Shown here: positions 59,913 to 64,000 of the stretch, piece after piece | How positions within the stretch are numbered: position 1 is the first letter of the stretch | Layout: the number at the start of each line of letters is the position of its first letter | Origin: an uncultured Lachnospiraceae bacterium | GTDB lineage: Bacteria; Bacillota; Clostridia; Lachnospirales; Lachnospiraceae | Assembly (NCBI GenBank): GCA_902788555.1 | Contig: CADAKQ010000005.1 | Coordinates: 7,708-71,707 of the forward strand | DNA length: 64,000 nucleotides | Reading direction: 5' to 3' | Position numbers and translations under genes: made by a program | Notes under the pieces: generated by a model | Databases searched by the model: none | The model's input: only the letters and a program-made list of their open reading frames with translations | What the model was told of the DNA's origin: nothing

Positions 59913-61856
59913 ATGGATAAGACCGCAAGAATTAAAGAATTAGTGAATGTATTAAACAAAGCATCCAGAGCTTATTATCAGGAAGACAGAGAGATAATGA
60001 GTAATTTTGAATATGATAAATTATATGATGAGTTAGTTTCTTTGGAGAAAGAGACAGGACTTGTGTTATCAGGCAGCCCAACATCAAAGGTTGGATATGA
60101 GGTTTTAAGTGAGCTTCCTAAGGAGAGACATCCTGAGCCTATGCTTTCGCTTGATAAGACCAAGAGTGTTGATGATCTTGCCGCATGGTTAAACGGTAAG
60201 AAGGGTGTTATGTCCTGGAAGCTGGATGGTCTTACAGTTGTATTAACCTATGAAAACGGAGAGCTTGTTAAGGCTGTTACCAGAGGAAACGGTGAGATTG
60301 GCGAGGTAATAACCAATAATGCAAAAGTATTTGCCAATATTCCAAAGAAAATAACTTATAAAAAACCGCTTACCATAAGAGGAGAGGCGATAATAACCTA
60401 CACGGATTTTGAGAAAATTAATCAGACCATAGAGGACGTAGAATCAAAATACAAGAATCCGAGAAACCTCTGTAGCGGCACAGTGAGACAGCTTAATAAT
60501 GAGATAACAGCAAAAAGAAATGTTCATTTCTTTGCATTTTCCATGCTTGATTCAGGTGATGATGAGGTTGACAGGACAGTTAATTCACGTTTTGATTTTC
60601 TTGAGAAACTTGGATTTTCAGTGGTTGAGCATTATGATGTAACGCCTGATAATATCCATGATGTAGTAAAGGAATTTGCTGATAAAATAAGCACGAATGA
60701 TTTTCCGTCAGACGGACTGGTGCTTTCCTTTGATGATATAGCTTACGGACGTTCTTTAGGCAGAACAGCAAAGTTTCCACGTGACTCCATAGCCTTTAAA
60801 TGGGCGGATGAGGAAGCGGAAACAACTTTACGTCATATAGAGTGGAGTCCTTCAAGAACAGGACTTATCAATCCTGTTGCGATATTTGATACGGTAGAGC
60901 TCGAAGGAACCTCTGTAAGCCGCGCCAGCATACACAACGTAAGCATTGCAAAACAGCTTAAGCTTGGAATAGGCGATACAATCAAGGTATATAAAGCCAA
61001 TATGATTATTCCGCAGATAAGCGAAAATGTAACAAAAAGCGGTAATCTGGTTGTGCCTGATACCTGTCCGGCCTGTGGTAAAACGACAGAACTTAGGAAT
61101 GAAAACCAAGTTGAGACGCTTTACTGTCCAAATCCTGATTGCCCGGCGAAGTCTATAAAGCTTTTCACACATTTTGTATCAAGAAATGCTATGAATATTG
61201 ACGGTATGTCTGAAGCAACTCTTGAGAAATTTCTGGATAAAGGTTTTTTGGTTGAACTTTATGATATATATCATCTGGATAGATACGAGGACGAGATTGT
61301 TAATATGGAGGGTTTTGGAAGAAAGTCCTATGACAATATGATAGAATCCATTAATGCTTCAAGAAATACTGACCTTACAAGAGTTATCTATGGACTCGGT
61401 ATACTTAATGTCGGTCATGCAACAGCAAAGCTTATATGTAAATTCTTTAAGAATGATATAGAAAAGATTATTAACGCTTCGGAAGAGGAATTTGCCCAGA
61501 TAGAAAAAATCGGCGGAGTTATAGCCGAGGGAATCGTTTCCTATTTTGCAAATGAGGAGAATATCAGGGTGCTTCGTGCGATACTTAACGAGGTAACTCT
61601 TATAGAAGAGGTAAATGATAAGGAGCAGGATTTAGAGGGAAAGACTTTTGTTATAACAGGGTCTCTTGTAAACTTTGCCAACAGGGATGAGTTAAAGAAG
61701 CTTATCGAAGACAGGGGTGGCAAGGTAGCGGGAAGTGTTTCAGCTAAAACAAGCTATCTTATCAACAATGATGTGATGTCCAACTCTTCAAAAAATAAAA
61801 AGGCAAAGGATTTGGGCATACCAATTATTTCAGAAGAGGACTTCTTGAAGTTATAA
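59913..61856 (+). CDS. ligA: NAD-dependent DNA ligase
   Basis: MLSLDK, KLDG, TRGNG, NPRN, AFKW, Zn finger, BRCT domain. Confidence 0.97.
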   Translation: MDKTARIKELVNVLNKASRAYYQEDREIMSNFEYDKLYDELVSLEKETGLVLSGSPTSKVGYEVLSELPKERHPEPMLSLDKTKSVDDLAAWLNGKKGVMSWKLDGLTVVLTYENGELVKAVTRGNGEIGEVITNNAKVFANIPKKITYKKPLTIRGEAIITYTDFEKINQTIEDVESKYKNPRNLCSGTVRQLNNEITAKRNVHFFAFSMLDSGDDEVDRTVNSRFDFLEKLGFSVVEHYDVTPDNIHDVVKEFADKISTNDFPSDGLVLSFDDIAYGRSLGRTAKFPRDSIAFKWADEEAETTLRHIEWSPSRTGLINPVAIFDTVELEGTSVSRASIHNVSIAKQLKLGIGDTIKVYKANMIIPQISENVTKSGNLVVPDTCPACGKTTELRNENQVETLYCPNPDCPAKSIKLFTHFVSRNAMNIDGMSEATLEKFLDKGFLVELYDIYHLDRYEDEIVNMEGFGRKSYDNMIESINASRNTDLTRVIYGLGILNVGHATAKLICKFFKNDIEKIINASEEEFAQIEKIGGVIAEGIVSYFANEENIRVLRAILNEVTLIEEVNDKEQDLEGKTFVITGSLVNFANRDELKKLIEDRGGKVAGSVSAKTSYLINNDVMSNSSKNKKAKDLGIPIISEEDFLKL

Positions 61857-61954
61857 TATAAAAGTGTTATATTATAACGAGCAATATAAAGTATATTAAA
61901 GTCATATGATTTGTATACTTGGATTATTATTAAAATGACGGAAGGTTTGATATT

Positions 61955-62908
61955 ATGCCAATTAGAGTTTTTAATGATTTACCTGTAAAGAAAATACTTG
62001 AGGATGAGAATATATTCGTAATGGATGAGCATCGTGCGACCACGCAGGATATACGTCCTTTGGATGTGCTTATCCTTAATCTTATGCCGTTAAAGGAGGA
62101 CACAGAGCTTTGTTTGCTCCGAAGCTTATCCAATACTCCTCTTCAGGTAAACATTTCATTTATAAGGACTGTATCATATGAATCTAAAAATGTATCAGAG
62201 TCACATCTTGCCAAGTTCTATACTGATTTTGCATCGGTCAAGCATAGAAAATGGGATGGTCTTATCATAACCGGAGCGCCTGTTGAACTCATGGAATTTG
62301 AAGAGGTGGATTACTGGGACGAGCTTACCGACATAATGGACTGGTCCAGGGAAAATGTCACTTCGACATTACATATCTGCTGGGGTGCTCAGGCAGGACT
62401 TTATTACAGATACGGTGTAAAGAAGATAAAGCTTGATAAAAAGCTTTCAGGTGTGTATGAGCATTATCCTATACATAAAAAGACAGAGCTTATACGAGGC
62501 TTTGACGATACATTTATGGTGCCGCAGTCAAGGTATACCGGTATAGACAAGCAGGCGGTTGTTGATAATCCGTTGCTTGAGATAGTTGCCGAATCTGATA
62601 TAACAGGACCGTACCTTATCATAGGTGAGGGTGGCAAGAATATATTTGTAACGGGTCATCCGGAGTATGACACGCTTACACTTGATAAGGAGTATAAGCG
62701 TGATTTGGACAAGGGCATTAATCCGGATATCCCTGTAAACTATTATAAGGATAATAATCCGGACAATAAACCGGTTAAATCATGGAGATGTCATGCCAAT
62801 ACATTATATTCTAACTGGCTTAACTACTATGTATATCAGGTTACTCCATATGATTGGACAGGAAATGATAGGGAAAGCAATAGTTATAAGCCTTATCAAA
62901 AAAAATGA
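61955..62908 (+). CDS. metA: homoserine O-acyltransferase MetA (probably acetyl-specific)
   Basis: ILNLMP, ITGAPVE, HICWGAQA, GHPEYD. Confidence 0.95.
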   Translation: MPIRVFNDLPVKKILEDENIFVMDEHRATTQDIRPLDVLILNLMPLKEDTELCLLRSLSNTPLQVNISFIRTVSYESKNVSESHLAKFYTDFASVKHRKWDGLIITGAPVELMEFEEVDYWDELTDIMDWSRENVTSTLHICWGAQAGLYYRYGVKKIKLDKKLSGVYEHYPIHKKTELIRGFDDTFMVPQSRYTGIDKQAVVDNPLLEIVAESDITGPYLIIGEGGKNIFVTGHPEYDTLTLDKEYKRDLDKGINPDIPVNYYKDNNPDNKPVKSWRCHANTLYSNWLNYYVYQVTPYDWTGNDRESNSYKPYQKK

Positions 62909-62915
62909 TATACAC

Positions 62916-62944
62916 TTGACAATTTAATTGTATGAAATTATAAT
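62916..62944 (+). promoter_or_regulatory. consensus sigma-A promoter of the thiamine operon
   Basis: TTGACA-17 nt-TATAAT. Confidence 0.85.
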
Positions 62945-62952
62945 CATCAACG

Positions 62953-63055
62953 AACAGGAGTGCTTAATATATTAGGCTGAGAGACGGTCTGATTAGAACG
63001 TCAATCCTAAGGGGAAACCCGTAACCTGATCCGGATAATGCCGGCGTAGGGAGTA
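62953..63055 (+). ncRNA. TPP riboswitch aptamer
   Basis: GGAGTGCT..GGCTGAGA..ACCTGATCCGGATAATGCCGGCGTAGGGAG; upstream of thiamine-related genes. Confidence 0.93.
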
Positions 63056-63123
63056 TATCATATGGTAAAAATGACACTTATATAATGTTATTTTACTTAT
63101 ATTCGTTATAAAAGTTGTTGCAT

Positions 63124-63332
63124 AAAGAGAATGAACAGCAGGGATAGGTTACGGAAACAATTTGCACAATTTGCGTGAAATCAGAAACGAGAATTCGAAT
63201 ACACCCGCTCAGAAACAGACTGTTTGAGCAAAGCGAGTTGTCTGTTTCGTGCAGGGCGTAGAGAATTTGAGTTTACTGATTTAGCAAATTGATTGCATGT
63301 TGACGAACCTATCCCTGCTGTTTATTCTCTTT
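63124..63332. repeat. 209-bp imperfect palindromic element, copy 2 of the unnamed family (inverted relative to copy 1)
   Basis: 27-bp terminal IR with one G-T; loop TGTTTGAGCAAAGCGAGTT (63221-63239) closed by GAAACAGAC/GTCTGTTTC. Confidence 0.9.
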
Positions 63333-63350
63333 GGATAGGAGTGAAATTAT

Positions 63351-63677
63351 ATGAATGCAAATGTAGCTATTCAGGTGCTCCCTGCAGTACAGGGGGATGA
63401 AGAAATTGTAAGAGTTGTAGATGCGGTAATTGATTATATTAAAAGTACCGGAGTTAATTACTATGTAGGTCCTTGTGAGACCGCGATGGAAGGGGATTAT
63501 GAGGAGCTTATGGATATAGTTAAGCACTGTCAGTATATCGCTGTGGAGGCGGGGGCACCGAGTGTTATGAGCTATGTAAAGATTACCTATAAGCCGGACG
63601 GAGAAAAGCTTACCATAGAAAGAAAAACGGCAAAGCATCATAAAAATGATATTCTAAAACAGATGAAGAGTGCGTAG
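63351..63677 (+). CDS. thiamine-binding protein (DUF77/YqgV family)
   Basis: VAIQVLP..VVDAVIDYIKSTGVNYYVGPCETAMEGD; downstream of a TPP riboswitch. Confidence 0.88.
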   Translation: MNANVAIQVLPAVQGDEEIVRVVDAVIDYIKSTGVNYYVGPCETAMEGDYEELMDIVKHCQYIAVEAGAPSVMSYVKITYKPDGEKLTIERKTAKHHKNDILKQMKSA

Positions 63678-63743
63678 AACGAAGTTCATAGCGCTTAGGT
63701 TTAATTAAAGATAGTTATAGAATTATAATAAAGGCAGAATTAT

Positions 63744-64000
63744 ATGTCAAAAAAGTATTGTGATGATAAAAATAAAAAATATATGGATTTTGTAGTTCCG
63801 TGCGTCGTACTGGTGGCTGTGCTGATTATATGGCAGCTTGCCTGCACATTTTCACTTGTACCATCATATATGCTTCCATCACCGATAAGGGTCATAAAAG
63901 CATTTATAAATGATTTTGAACTGCTTATGCAGCATGCAAAAACCACACTTACAGAGGCAGTTCTCGGTATGGCGTTAGGTGTGTTGCTTGGATTTATAAG
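63744..64000 (+). CDS. ABC transporter permease (SsuC/ThiX-like), truncated by window edge
   Basis: MSKKYCDD..VLIIWQLACTFSLVPSYMLPSPIRVIKAFINDFELLMQHAKTTLTEAVLGMALGVLLGFI; open to the edge. Confidence 0.8.
   Translation, partial: MSKKYCDDKNKKYMDFVVPCVVLVAVLIIWQLACTFSLVPSYMLPSPIRVIKAFINDFELLMQHAKTTLTEAVLGMALGVLLGFI

Noticed and set aside
161-63946. Many minus-strand and alternate-frame ORFs in the track (e.g. 35314-35934, 32714-33256, 12656-13168)
   Set aside because: They overlap well-supported + strand genes, have antisense-shadow composition and show no recognisable motifs.

Overview
AT-rich Firmicute chromosome segment; gene content and order resemble Lachnospiraceae/Clostridia (inference). 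Almost every gene is on the + strand. In order: DUF2953-like and YtfJ genes, a small alarmone synthetase, comM-dprA-topA, a ~34 kb flagellar/chemotaxis cluster (flgB to fliA plus uncharacterised tail genes; no flagellin), rpsB-tsf, a ~5.8 kb accessory insert, rimP-nusA-infB-rbfA-truB-ribF, tRNA-Arg(CCG), a pseudouridine synthase, ligA, metA and a TPP-riboswitch thiamine uptake operon cut off at the edge. The insert holds a long hairpin element, a deleted HTH gene and three secreted proteins, two of which share an unnamed ~100 aa module. The most unusual signal is a pair of ~210-230 bp hairpin elements (43943-44172 and 63124-63332, opposite orientation). They share a 19-nt apical loop and a bulged box 33 nt away, while their outer arms and loop-closing stems have unrelated sequence yet still base-pair. 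All calls come from reading the sequence; no searches were run.
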